64,000 nucleotides of DNA from Planctomycetota bacterium (GTDB lineage: Bacteria; Planctomycetota; B15-G4). The stretch is from positions 51,403 through 115,402 of the forward strand of contig JBBQUR010000016.1 of NCBI GenBank assembly GCA_038212275.1, written 5' to 3'. The notes beneath the pieces were generated by a model. The model saw only the letters and a program-made list of their open reading frames with translations. It was not told the DNA's origin and made no database searches. Both the position numbers and the translations under genes were made by a program. Shown piece after piece: positions 47,231 through 56,706 of this stretch; position 1 is the stretch's first letter; every line of letters begins with the position of its first letter.

Positions 47231-48267
47231 CTCATGCTCTCGGCAAGCGCGGTCCATGCGGGCAACTCGGGCGAGCCGGGCTTGCGCTGGCCGAAGAACT
47301 GCACGACGGCCTCGCCGTCCGAGGCGTAGCACTCCAGCGCGGTGACCGTGCCGTCCGTCGTCGGCTTGCGCACGATGAACGCGGAGGCGATGCCGGACTC
47401 GCGCAGGTGCAGGTTGAAGTCGGGGTCCAGCACGTTGAACCAGCCATTGCTCTCGAGCACCCGGTGCACGGGGCCGGTGTGGATCTCGATGCAACCCGCG
47501 CTGCCGACGAAGACCATGATGGGCAGTCCGCTCTTCGCGGCGCTGTTCAGCACCGCGCGATGGCTGTCCGTCGCGACGGCCGTCACCATCTCGGGCGCCG
47601 CGAGGCGCAGCGCCTGCGTGCGCGTCACGCCGAACTGTCCGAGCAGGCGGAAGAAGTCGTGCGTGTCCTTGAGCGAGGCCCATGCGGCGCGCAGGCCGGC
47701 CACGTCGATGGATGCGTCGGGCTTCTCCGCGGACGGCGCGGGTCGCGGCGTCACGGCGAGCGCCGGGCCCTGGTCGTCGGCGCGGAAGCTGGTGACGAGC
47801 GCGTCGTATGCCGGCACGTTGCTGTCGTGCACGAGGAAGAGCTTGTGCACGGCCGTGCCGTCGGCGCCGAAGACCTGCAGGCTGCGCCGCGGGCCGGCCT
47901 TGCCTTCCTCGACGACGGCGAAGGCGTGCTGCCAGTGGCTCATGAAGAGGCGCAGGTCGATCGCGCCGCCGAGCACGAGGCCCATCGGTCCGCGCACGGA
48001 GATGCCGTCGTACACGCCATGCTTCTCGATGACGGCGTGCTCGTTGCGCGTGAGCGCCATGACGCGGCCGAGCGCCGGCAGCGCGGCGAGCAGCGCGGGG
48101 AAGTCGGGGCGCAGGCGCGTGACGCCCTCGCCGCACTGGCTGGCGAGCAGCTCGCCCTCGCTGCAGCCCAGCGTCACGGCGGCATCGCGGATGCGCACCT
48201 CGGGATGCTCGCGGCGGAAGTCCTGCCAGGTCTGGGTCAGCGGGTGCATGGGCGCTTGTGCGGACAT
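47227..48267 (-). CDS. hemS: Heme degradation/trafficking protein HemS/HmuS
   Basis: RIRDAA, MALTRNEHAVIEK, IDLRLF, AVHK, EIHTG, LDPDFNLHL, FFGQRKPG. Confidence 0.93.
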   Translation of the reverse strand: MSAQAPMHPLTQTWQDFRREHPEVRIRDAAVTLGCSEGELLASQCGEGVTRLRPDFPALLAALPALGRVMALTRNEHAVIEKHGVYDGISVRGPMGLVLGGAIDLRLFMSHWQHAFAVVEEGKAGPRRSLQVFGADGTAVHKLFLVHDSNVPAYDALVTSFRADDQGPALAVTPRPAPSAEKPDASIDVAGLRAAWASLKDTHDFFRLLGQFGVTRTQALRLAAPEMVTAVATDSHRAVLNSAAKSGLPIMVFVGSAGCIEIHTGPVHRVLESNGWFNVLDPDFNLHLRESGIASAFIVRKPTTDGTVTALECYASDGEAVVQFFGQRKPGSPELPAWTALAESMR

Positions 48268-48282
48268 CGGTGTTCTCCGGGA

Positions 48283-49185
48283 TCAGGACGGGACGGCGGC
48301 GGGCCGTGACAGTGTGAACGATGAGGTGGCTTCCGTGCACGGGACTTCGTCGGGAAGCGCGGCAATGACGGGATGCGGCAGCGATGCGTGGTGCAGCGCC
48401 AGCGTCCGCGTCGCGAAGACACGCTCGATGAGCGCGGGCGTGAGGACGGCGTGGGGCGGCCCGTCGGCCTGCAGCCGACCTGCCTGCAGCACGAGCACGC
48501 GGTGCGCGTGCTGAGCGGCCTGGTTCAGGTCGTGAAGCGAGACGAGCACCGCGCCGCCGGCCGCCGCGAAGCTCCGCGCGAGCCGCAGCGAAGCCTGCTG
48601 GTGGCAGAGGTCGAGTCCCGAGAGCGGCTCGTCGAGCAGGAGCACGCGCGGTTGCGTGCGCGCCTCCGGCTGCGGGCGCTCGTCGAGCTGGCACAGCACG
48701 CGCGCGAGTTGCACGCGCTGCTGCTCGCCGCCGGAGAGCGTGGGAAAGAGCTGGTCCGCGAAATGCTCGCCGTCCACCGAGGCCAGTGCCTCGCGGGCGA
48801 TGCGGTGGTCGTGAGCCGAGGGGCGTCGCGCGCCGCAGTGCGGCGTGCGGCCGAGCAGCACGACCTCCAGCGCCGTGAAAGGGAAGTTGATCGTCGAGTG
48901 CTGCGAGAGCACGCCGACGCGACGCGCGCGTTCGCACGACGCCCACTGCGCGAGCGGCCTGCCGGCGAGCAGCACGCTGCCGGTGCTCGGCGCCAGTGCG
49001 CCGGAGAGACAGCGCAGCAGCGTGGACTTTCCGGCGCCGTTGGGCCCGAGCAAGGCGGTGACCTCGCCGGCGCGCTGCGTGAACGAGACGTCGTCGAGCA
49101 GCAGGCGCGCGCGGCCGTCGCCGGAAGCGCCGCGGCCCGGCGCGCGCACGCTGAGTTGCTCGGCCCGAAGCATCAGGCGCTCCAT
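48283..49185 (-). CDS. hmuV: Heme ABC transporter ATP-binding protein
   Basis: GPNGAGKST, LSGGEQQRVQLARVL, LLLDEP, LHDLN. Confidence 0.92.
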   Translation of the reverse strand: MERLMLRAEQLSVRAPGRGASGDGRARLLLDDVSFTQRAGEVTALLGPNGAGKSTLLRCLSGALAPSTGSVLLAGRPLAQWASCERARRVGVLSQHSTINFPFTALEVVLLGRTPHCGARRPSAHDHRIAREALASVDGEHFADQLFPTLSGGEQQRVQLARVLCQLDERPQPEARTQPRVLLLDEPLSGLDLCHQQASLRLARSFAAAGGAVLVSLHDLNQAAQHAHRVLVLQAGRLQADGPPHAVLTPALIERVFATRTLALHHASLPHPVIAALPDEVPCTEATSSFTLSRPAAVPS

Positions 49186-50267
49186 GTCGCTCGGCCGCGG
49201 ACGAGCAGCACGAGGAAGACCGGCGCGCCGAGGAGCGCGGTGATGATGCCGAGCGGCAGTTCGGCAGGCGCGACGATCGTGCGGGCGAGCAGGTCGGCAA
49301 GCAGCAGCAGGCTTGCGCCGAGCAGTGCCGATCCCGGCAGCAGGGCGCGATGGTCCGGGCCGAGGACCAGCCGGAGCAGGTGCGGCGCGAGCAGCCCGAC
49401 GAAACCGATCGTGCCCGCCGCGGCGACGCCGGCGCCGGCCGCGAGCGCCGTGCACACGACCACGCGTCGCGTGAGCCGTCGCACGTCGAGACCCAGGTGC
49501 CCGGCTTCCGCTTCGCCGAGCAGCAGCGCGTTGAGCGCGCCGGCCGAGCGCAGCAGCACCACCAGCGCCACGACGAGAAAGGGCGCGACGCCGGCCACGA
49601 TCTCGCGGTTCGCGCCACCGAGGCTGCCGAGGTTCCAGAAGGTGAGGCTGCGGAGCTGCGCGTCGTTGGCCGCGAAGGTGAGCAGGCCGGTGCCCGCGCC
49701 GGTCAGCGCATTGAGCGCGAGGCCCGCGAGCAGCAGGACGCCCGTCACGGTGCGGCCGCGCGCCTGGGCACAGCGCCACACGACGAGCGTGGCGAGCAGC
49801 CCGCCGACGAAGGCGCACGCCGGCAGCACGAGCGGCGATGGCGTGGCGCCGAAGAGCGCGCCGCCCGCGACGATGGCGCCCGCAGCGAACAGCGCCGCGC
49901 CGCCGGACACGCCGAGCAGGGCCGGGTCCGCGAGCGGATTGCGGAACAGCGCCTGCAGCGCCGCGCCCGAGACCGCGAGGCCGGCGCCGGTGAGCACGGC
50001 GAGCAGCGCGCGCGGAAGGCGCAGGTCCAGCACGACGCTGACATGCTGCGGGTCGACGGCCCAGGGCAGCGTGAGGCCGAGCGGCCGGGCCAGGCTGGCC
50101 AGCACCTGCCCCGGCCCGACGGAGACCACGCCCACCGCGAGCGAGAGGCCGAAGGCGAAGAGCGTCAGCGCGGCGAGCGCGCACAACACGAGGCGCGGAC
50201 GCATTCGTCCAGGCGTCGCGCTGCCGCGCAGCGTCGTGCGGACGGCGATGAGCGGAGAGCCGATCAT
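49173..50267 (-). CDS. hmuU: Heme ABC transporter permease (FecCD family)
   Basis: LRLPR, QALFRNPLADP, IGFVGL.APH, ELPLGI. Confidence 0.92.
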   Translation of the reverse strand: MIGSPLIAVRTTLRGSATPGRMRPRLVLCALAALTLFAFGLSLAVGVVSVGPGQVLASLARPLGLTLPWAVDPQHVSVVLDLRLPRALLAVLTGAGLAVSGAALQALFRNPLADPALLGVSGGAALFAAGAIVAGGALFGATPSPLVLPACAFVGGLLATLVVWRCAQARGRTVTGVLLLAGLALNALTGAGTGLLTFAANDAQLRSLTFWNLGSLGGANREIVAGVAPFLVVALVVLLRSAGALNALLLGEAEAGHLGLDVRRLTRRVVVCTALAAGAGVAAAGTIGFVGLLAPHLLRLVLGPDHRALLPGSALLGASLLLLADLLARTIVAPAELPLGIITALLGAPVFLVLLVRGRATWSA

Positions 50268-51262
50268 CGTCCGGAGGTGTCCGTCCGGCCGCTCGCCGCG
50301 GGCTCGGCGTGAAGCGCCCGCACGAGCTCGGCCAGCGCCTGCCCGGTGCGAGGACCGAAGCCCACGAGCAGCTGGTCGTCCATGAGCACGACGCGGCCGG
50401 CGCGGCCGGCAGGCGTCAGTGCCAGACCCGCTTCCTGCAGCAGAGAGGTCTCGCCCCCCGAGACCTCTGCGCTGCCGCGGGGCAGGAGGATGACGTCGGG
50501 CGCGGCGGCGACGGCCGCTTCACCGCCGAGCGGCGCGCTGCCCGACAGCGACGCCAGCGCATTGACGCCACCCGCCAGCGACACCATCGCGTCCATCGCG
50601 GTGTGCGCGCCGCAGGCGTGCAGCGTGCCGCGTCCTCGCGCGTAGATGCAAAGCACGCGCGGCGGCGTAGCGTCCTGCAAGCCCTTCAGGAGCTGCTGCG
50701 CGTGTGCGACGTCGGCGCGCAGCGCGGCGAGCAGAGCCTCGCCCTGCGCCGGCCGGTGCAGAGCCTGAGCGACTGCCGCGATCATGGTCTCCGCGCCTGC
50801 CAGCGAGAAGTCCGTCGGGATGACGTTCACGGCGACGCCGGCAGCGCGCAGCTGCGCGAGCACGGTGGGCGGCCCGGCTTCGGGCGACGCGAGCAGCATG
50901 TCGGGCCCCCGCGCGAGCAGGCCCTCGGCGGAAAGCGCGCGCTGGTAGCCGAGCTTCGGGAGCGCGCCGGTTTCGAGCGGATACCCGCTGCCGTCGTCCA
51001 CGGCGAGGACGTGGTCGCCGGCGCCCAGGGCGAAGACGATCTCGGTGAGCGCGCCGCCGACGCAGATCAGGCGCATCGGTTCGGTGGTTGTGGCCACGGG
51101 CGCTGAGGCTGGTGTCGGCGTGAGTGGCGCGGCGACGGACTCGGCGATCTCGCCGGCCATTGCCTCAGCCGGTGCAGCGCGCCAGGCCATCAGCGCCAGC
51201 GCCAGGGCCAGCGCGATCGCGAGCGCGGCGAGCGAGCCGAACAGGAAGACGCGTGCGAGCAT
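50264..51262 (-). CDS. hmuT: Heme ABC transporter substrate-binding protein
   Basis: GGALTEIVFALG, LGYQRALSAEG (heme-ligand Tyr), GFGPRT. Confidence 0.9.
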   Translation of the reverse strand: MLARVFLFGSLAALAIALALALALMAWRAAPAEAMAGEIAESVAAPLTPTPASAPVATTTEPMRLICVGGALTEIVFALGAGDHVLAVDDGSGYPLETGALPKLGYQRALSAEGLLARGPDMLLASPEAGPPTVLAQLRAAGVAVNVIPTDFSLAGAETMIAAVAQALHRPAQGEALLAALRADVAHAQQLLKGLQDATPPRVLCIYARGRGTLHACGAHTAMDAMVSLAGGVNALASLSGSAPLGGEAAVAAAPDVILLPRGSAEVSGGETSLLQEAGLALTPAGRAGRVVLMDDQLLVGFGPRTGQALAELVRALHAEPAASGRTDTSGR

Positions 51263-51416
51263 CACGATCACCTCGTGCGGAAAAAGTGGGGCCCGGATGG
51301 GCTTCGAGGCCATCCGGGCCCCGGGTGCCGGCCGCTGCCCCGTGAGGAGCACCGGCGCGACACCCATGCCATCGGCCGGCGTCCGCGAGGTCATGCGCGG
51401 GGCCGGCGCGAGTCGG

Positions 51417-53105
51417 TCAGAGTTGCTTGTTCTCGAACAGCCGTGTCTGGAACTGCTGCGCCGGGTCGCCCACGATGACGCCGTTGGCGGTCTGCAGCAC
51501 GTCGAGATCGCCGTCGTGGTCCATGTCGAAGAGCGTGGCGCCGTAGCTGATGAAGTCGCCCGGATCGAACCAGAACTGGCGCAGCATGCTGCCGGTGACA
51601 CCGGCCTGTGCGCCGCCCTGGTTGAGGTAGAGCGCCTGGTCCGCGCCCGCGAACAGGTCGTGCACCGTGACGAGGACGTCGAGGTCTCCGTCCGCGTCGA
51701 TGTCCGCGGCGGAGATGCTGAGGCGGATTCCGTCGGCCACGGTGCTGTCCTCGAGGAAACTGTTCGGGTCATCGAGGAAGACGCCTTCGGTGCCGCCCTG
51801 CGCGCCACCCTGGTTGATGGACACGTCGCCCGACTCGTCGGTGCCGGTGCCGAGCACGCTGTTGGCGACGAGGATGTCGAGGTCGCCGTCGCTGTCGATG
51901 TCGGCGAAGACCGCGTCCTGGCTGTTGTCGATGAAGCCCGGGAGCGGGAGCAGCTGCGTCCCCGAGACGTCGGTGAACTCGCCGGCGCCGTTGTTCAGCA
52001 GCAGCACGTTGGCCTGCGCCGGCGTGCCGCGCACGATGAACAGGTCGAGGTCGCCATCGCTGTCCACGTCGCCGGCGCGGATCCTCTGCGTGCTCGCGGT
52101 GGGGTTGTTCCACGGAAGGTCGTCGAAGCTCTGGCTCTCGACGAAGCTGCCGTTGCCCTGATTGAAGAGCAGCCGGTCGTAGCCGCCGGGCACCGCGAGG
52201 TGCGACTCCTGGCCGGCGGCGATGATCAGGTCGAGGTCGCCGTCGGAGTCGACGTCCGCGAGCTCGAGGCCGTGCGAGAGGCCCGTGCCTGCGGGCAGCA
52301 ACGCGGACTGCGTGAAGCTGCCGCTGCCATCGTTGAGCCAGAGGCGGTCGGGGACGCTCGCGAAGTCGTCGTAGCCGCCAGCCGTGATCAGGTCGATGTC
52401 GCCGTCGTTGTCGACGTCACCCGCGACGATCGCGGAGACCTCGTCGCTCGGGAAGACGATGCTGCTGGCCGTCACGTCGCTGAAGTGGCCCTGCCCGTCG
52501 TTGCGCCAGAACGCGACGCTGTTGCCGCGGGCGATGATCAGGTCCTGGAAGCCGTCGCGGTTCAGATCCGCGTGCTCGATCGTAGCGCCGTCGAGATCGT
52601 CGTAGCCGGCGGGCAGGTGGCTGGACGCGACGTCCACGAGGAAGCCGGGCGCAGCGGGGAGCGGCTCCAGCTCGGTGGCCTTCACGTTGGACACCAGGCG
52701 CGTCCCGTCCGGGCCGATGAACAGCGCCTGGAAGAAGACCGCGAAGCCGCTGCTCACCGGGCCGAACTGGCCGGACGTGCTGGGGACCTGCGCTTCGAAG
52801 CGGCCTGTGGCGTCGGTGCTCCCGAAGAACAGGAAGGCGCTGCCGACATTCAGGCCGAAGACCGGAAGCGCCGGCGTGAGGGGGACGGTCGGCCTGCCAT
52901 CGAGGCCGTACATCAGCAGCAGCGGGGCGGCCGGCGCGGTGGTGCGCAGGTCGAGGCGCACGGGCTGCCCGCCGATGGCCGCCCCGAAGAAAAGCTCGGC
53001 GCGATGACCGAGGCCATCGCCGGCATGGGCGGACGCCGCGGCGCCAAGCACCAGGAGGGCCGGGGTGAGTACGGACAGCACGCGGGACAGAACGATCGAC
53101 AGCAT
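51417..53105 (-). CDS. Secreted FG-GAP/VCBS-repeat beta-propeller protein
   Basis: Signal peptide and seven DxDxDGDxDL-type repeats with NxGxGxF turns. Confidence 0.88.
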   Translation of the reverse strand: MLSIVLSRVLSVLTPALLVLGAAASAHAGDGLGHRAELFFGAAIGGQPVRLDLRTTAPAAPLLLMYGLDGRPTVPLTPALPVFGLNVGSAFLFFGSTDATGRFEAQVPSTSGQFGPVSSGFAVFFQALFIGPDGTRLVSNVKATELEPLPAAPGFLVDVASSHLPAGYDDLDGATIEHADLNRDGFQDLIIARGNSVAFWRNDGQGHFSDVTASSIVFPSDEVSAIVAGDVDNDGDIDLITAGGYDDFASVPDRLWLNDGSGSFTQSALLPAGTGLSHGLELADVDSDGDLDLIIAAGQESHLAVPGGYDRLLFNQGNGSFVESQSFDDLPWNNPTASTQRIRAGDVDSDGDLDLFIVRGTPAQANVLLLNNGAGEFTDVSGTQLLPLPGFIDNSQDAVFADIDSDGDLDILVANSVLGTGTDESGDVSINQGGAQGGTEGVFLDDPNSFLEDSTVADGIRLSISAADIDADGDLDVLVTVHDLFAGADQALYLNQGGAQAGVTGSMLRQFWFDPGDFISYGATLFDMDHDGDLDVLQTANGVIVGDPAQQFQTRLFENKQL

Positions 53106-53189
53106 GGACGGAGGGCTCCGAAGTCAGGGGGATGGGACCAGGCCTGCCTCGAAGCTGTCTCCCTCCCCGCACCGGCTTCCCGCCGTTGT

Positions 53190-53204
53190 TGAGACTGAGA
53201 CGCA
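53190..53204. promoter_or_regulatory. Putative Fur-like iron box
   Basis: TGAGACT-G-AGACGCA is an imperfect 7-1-7 inverted repeat about 85 nt upstream of the FG-GAP/hmu gene run. Confidence 0.45.
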
Positions 53205-53371
53205 GAACTAGGCCCAAGTGATAACGAGCCATTCGCCGGCTGTCAAGGCCACCATTCCGGGATCGGCAGCAACCAGGGCGCGGCGGGCGCCACCTCCGAA
53301 AGGCGGCGGCGATCGGGCTGCACCAATCACGCCGCCCTCGGGCCGGGCGCTGCGCGGAGTACGCTCCGTCC

Positions 53372-54133
53372 ATGCCCGAAGCACCCTTTCCCCAGTCGCT
53401 CCCGGCGCGCCAGGAGATCAGTGCGGCGCATGTCGCCAGCCTCAGCGCCGCGGACATGAGCGGATACTGGTGGTACGCCGTGAGGCAGGCGCACGTGGAC
53501 GCATGCCTCGCGGAGTCGCGCGAGGCCGGGATGCACTACCTCGACTTCGGCTGCGGCGCCGGCGGCGTGATGTCCGCGGTGATCGCCCGCCGGAAGCCGC
53601 GCGCGGCGCTCGGCCTCGACGGCACGCAAGCGGTGGTGGACATCGCGGTCGCACGCGGATTGAACGCCCGGTATGCGGATTTCCGCAAGCCGCTGAGCCT
53701 GCCCTTCGAGCCCGATGCGATCACGTGCCTCGACGTGCTCGAACACCTGGAGGACCCGGTGCTCGCGCTACGACACCTCGCGGGCGTCACGACGACGGAC
53801 GCGCTGCTCGTCGTCACGGTGCCGGCGATGCCGTCGCTGCACAGCCGCTGGGACGACGTCTGCGGGCACCATCGGCGCTACACGCGCTCGCTCCTGGCGG
53901 AGCATCTGCGTGCCGGCGGTTGGAAACCGCGCCGCATGCGGCACCTGTTCAGCTACTGCGTGCCGCCGGCCTGGCTGCAGCGGCGCGTGCTCAAGCGCGT
54001 GCAGGAGATGGAGTTTCCGCCGGTGTCGCCGCTGGCCAACCGGGCGCTCACGTGGGCCGGCGCCGTGGAGCGCTCGATCGGGAGCCCCTTCCCGTTCGGC
54101 ACCTCGCTCATCGCGACGGCGACGCGCGGCTGA
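53372..54133 (+). CDS. Class I SAM-dependent methyltransferase
   Basis: LDFGCGAG, DVLEHL, TVPA...WD...GHHRRY. Confidence 0.88.
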   Translation: MPEAPFPQSLPARQEISAAHVASLSAADMSGYWWYAVRQAHVDACLAESREAGMHYLDFGCGAGGVMSAVIARRKPRAALGLDGTQAVVDIAVARGLNARYADFRKPLSLPFEPDAITCLDVLEHLEDPVLALRHLAGVTTTDALLVVTVPAMPSLHSRWDDVCGHHRRYTRSLLAEHLRAGGWKPRRMRHLFSYCVPPAWLQRRVLKRVQEMEFPPVSPLANRALTWAGAVERSIGSPFPFGTSLIATATRG

Positions 54134-54145
54134 GCGGAGCGCCGC

Positions 54146-54556
54146 TCAGAGCGGCTGACGATGGGCGTAACCCGTGTCCACGTGATGCCACGCGACGAAT
54201 TCGGCCTCGCCACGTTTCCAGCACAGGTGGACGAGCACGCCGTCCCGCACGTGATAGAGGTCGAGCAGGCCCGTGTCGACGTCCTTCACCGTGGCGCCGC
54301 GCGCCGCGAGCGAGGCGAGCACCGTGTTGAAGGACTCCTCGAGGCTCTTGAGCTGTTCGAGCAGCGCGAGGCCTTCCTCGTGGTCGGGGCACGAGTCGGA
54401 GTTGACCGTGCTGCCCCAGATCATCTCCAGCGCCGTGAGCTTGATCTTGGCGGCGCGCAACTGCGTGCGCAGCGTGTCGAGGTCGGCGAAGGCCGCCTCG
54501 AGCGCCGGCACCAGCACATTGGCTTCGGTCAAGGTGTAGACGCGCGGCCCGACCAT
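54146..54556 (-). CDS. DUF2203 family protein
   Basis: YTLTEAN, VKDVDTGLLD, LCWKRGE, WH...GYAHRQPL. Confidence 0.85.
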   Translation of the reverse strand: MVGPRVYTLTEANVLVPALEAAFADLDTLRTQLRAAKIKLTALEMIWGSTVNSDSCPDHEEGLALLEQLKSLEESFNTVLASLAARGATVKDVDTGLLDLYHVRDGVLVHLCWKRGEAEFVAWHHVDTGYAHRQPL

Positions 54557-54852
54557 CAGCGTGGCGTGCCGTGCGCGAGGTTGCCTGGCCGGCGGTCGTG
54601 GTTCACGGCTGTCTCCGGAGAGCGGCGCGGATCGCGCAGCACGCACGGGCTTTCATAACACTCAGCCGGGCGAACTGTCGAGGCGGCGCGATGGCCGCGT
54701 GTCGACGGCGAGCCAGCGCGCGACACCAGCGGCGCGATGGCGGGCATGCGCTCCGACAGCTTGCGTGCTGCCACGTCTGTTATCCCGCTGCGTGGGCGGT
54801 TCCATCGCACCATGGCCGCATGGGGCGGCCGTTCTCAGTGGGGGAATTCATC

Positions 54853-55236
54853 ATGAAGTGTTCACATCAGGATTCTTCGTCATCGAGCTCTGTCTCGACT
54901 CCGGTTTCGAGCCGGCTCCGAGGTCGCAGCCGTCTGGCGGCGGCGGCCTGCGCTCTTGCGCTCTGTGCGCTGATCCTGCCTGGCCCCGTGGCACGAGCAG
55001 GCATCGGCGGCAGCGGGTATGCCAAGCCACTTCCTCCGACCACGCCGCTGACGCAGTGTCTGCAGCAGTGCTTCGAGCAGTACCTGAAGAATCACGAGCG
55101 CTGCAAGTCGCTCTTCTGCGACACCTTCCTCTTCATCACGCTCAGCTGCGACGACGCTGACTATGCGATGTGCAAGGCGCATGCCGAGGATCTGATCGAC
55201 AGTTGCATCGCCGGATGCGTGGTCGCGAATCCATGA
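54853..55236 (+). CDS. Small secreted 8-cysteine protein
   Basis: GGGGA RBS, signal peptide ending ARA, mature part C-x3-C-x10-C-x4-C-x9-C-x7-C-x10-C-x3-C. Confidence 0.7.
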   Translation: MKCSHQDSSSSSSVSTPVSSRLRGRSRLAAAACALALCALILPGPVARAGIGGSGYAKPLPPTTPLTQCLQQCFEQYLKNHERCKSLFCDTFLFITLSCDDADYAMCKAHAEDLIDSCIAGCVVANP

Positions 55237-56663
55237 CCCGCCGAGGAACAGCGCTCGCGCTGCTCCTGCTGGTCACCGCGGTCGCGGTGTGGGGCTTTCT
55301 GCGCCTCGCACCGCGGCCTCCGGTGTCCGGCGAAGCGCCGGAGATCATGAAGGCACCTCCGGCCGAAGCAGCATCGACCTCGCCCTTCAGCGCGGAGTCG
55401 GGTGCGCGCAGCGCGCATCCCTTGACGGCCGTCGAGGTCTCGCCCGCGATCCGCGTGACGGCGGAAGGACGCGCGGCACGGGACGCGGGGGCGGGAGCCG
55501 TCGATGCGGTGGCCGCGCTCGTCGCCGAGCTGGAACGACTGGACGCCGAACGACCGATCACGTTTCACGAAGAGGCCGCGCGATTGCTCGAGGCCTTCGT
55601 GACGGCGGAGATCGTGACACGCGCCGGCAGCGAGGCCACGACGGCAGCGCTCGAAGCCGAACTCGATGCCCGCGTGCACTCGGCGCGTGTCGGCGGGGCG
55701 CTGCTTGCGGTGCTCGGTGGATGGGGAGGCGCAGGCACGGTGTTCGCGCGGCTGTCCATGAATGATGCGGAAGAGCTGCGTTCCGGCATCGCAGGGCTGG
55801 CCTGGGACGCCGGGAAAGGAGACGCGGAGGAGGCGCTGCTGCTCCGACCGATGGACTTCCTGTCGCTGCAGCCTCGCGCCGGGCTCAACGTGCTGGACCT
55901 GGCGTGGAGCCGACCGCCCGGGGAGGTCGAGAAAGGCTGGCTGCTCGCGCAGGCACGCGTTCCTGCCGGAGATCTCGCGTCCCTGCTTCAGCGGGAGCTG
56001 GCCGTGATGGCGCTTGGCGTCGAGGTCGATCAGAGCGCCGACGCGCTCGAGCAGTTCAGAATCTGGCTGATGGATCGCGATGCGAACGTGCAGCAACTCC
56101 GGCCCGTGATCGCCTACGTGCTGGCTCACGCCCACGGTGCCGCGGCGCGGGAGGTGCTCCAGCGTTTCCTCGAGGATGGGCAGGTCGGTGACTACGGCAA
56201 GTTGCTCGCGCGCTGGTGGTTGTCGAAGCAGCCTGCGATGGAGGGAGACCTGAAGTCCCTGGCCGCGCCGCTCATGGACGAGAACAGCACGGAGGGCGCC
56301 CGGATCCTGGCCGCCGGTGCGCTGCTCTCCCGCATCTCCGATGCGAGCGAAGCAGACCTGGCGCAACTGGAGGAACTCCTCTCCATGCGCGTGCTCCAGG
56401 AGCAGAACGATTCGGCTCGGATGGCGGCCATCGCCGTGCTGGCCAGCGTCCCGGGCGGGTTTGCACGGCTGGGAGCACTGGAGCAGACGCTTCGGGCGGA
56501 AGCAGACCCGAGGCACCGGAAGGTGGCCGCCCGGGGACTGGCCGGGACGCAAGGCGCACTGCGGCAGGAGGCGCTGTCGATGCTGCGCGCGGCTCTCGGC
56601 TTCGAGAAGGATCCGGACGTTTCGCAGTACATCGGGGAGTTGCTGGCGACCTCGGGGCAGTAG
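55233..56663 (+). CDS. Membrane-anchored HEAT-repeat-like helical protein
   Basis: N-terminal TM and C-terminal E.D...R..A..L repeats. ATGA overlap with the upstream gene. Confidence 0.72.
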   Translation: MTRRGTALALLLLVTAVAVWGFLRLAPRPPVSGEAPEIMKAPPAEAASTSPFSAESGARSAHPLTAVEVSPAIRVTAEGRAARDAGAGAVDAVAALVAELERLDAERPITFHEEAARLLEAFVTAEIVTRAGSEATTAALEAELDARVHSARVGGALLAVLGGWGGAGTVFARLSMNDAEELRSGIAGLAWDAGKGDAEEALLLRPMDFLSLQPRAGLNVLDLAWSRPPGEVEKGWLLAQARVPAGDLASLLQRELAVMALGVEVDQSADALEQFRIWLMDRDANVQQLRPVIAYVLAHAHGAAAREVLQRFLEDGQVGDYGKLLARWWLSKQPAMEGDLKSLAAPLMDENSTEGARILAAGALLSRISDASEADLAQLEELLSMRVLQEQNDSARMAAIAVLASVPGGFARLGALEQTLRAEADPRHRKVAARGLAGTQGALRQEALSMLRAALGFEKDPDVSQYIGELLATSGQ

Positions 56664-56706
56664 GTCCTGCCGTGAATCCGGGTGCGCGGCGCTTCATACT
56701 GGCTTC

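Noticed and set aside
46310..49618. Single 1102-aa fusion ORF
   Set aside because: Only the part from 47230 is protein-like. The upstream part overlaps hemS, hmuV and hmuU in another frame.
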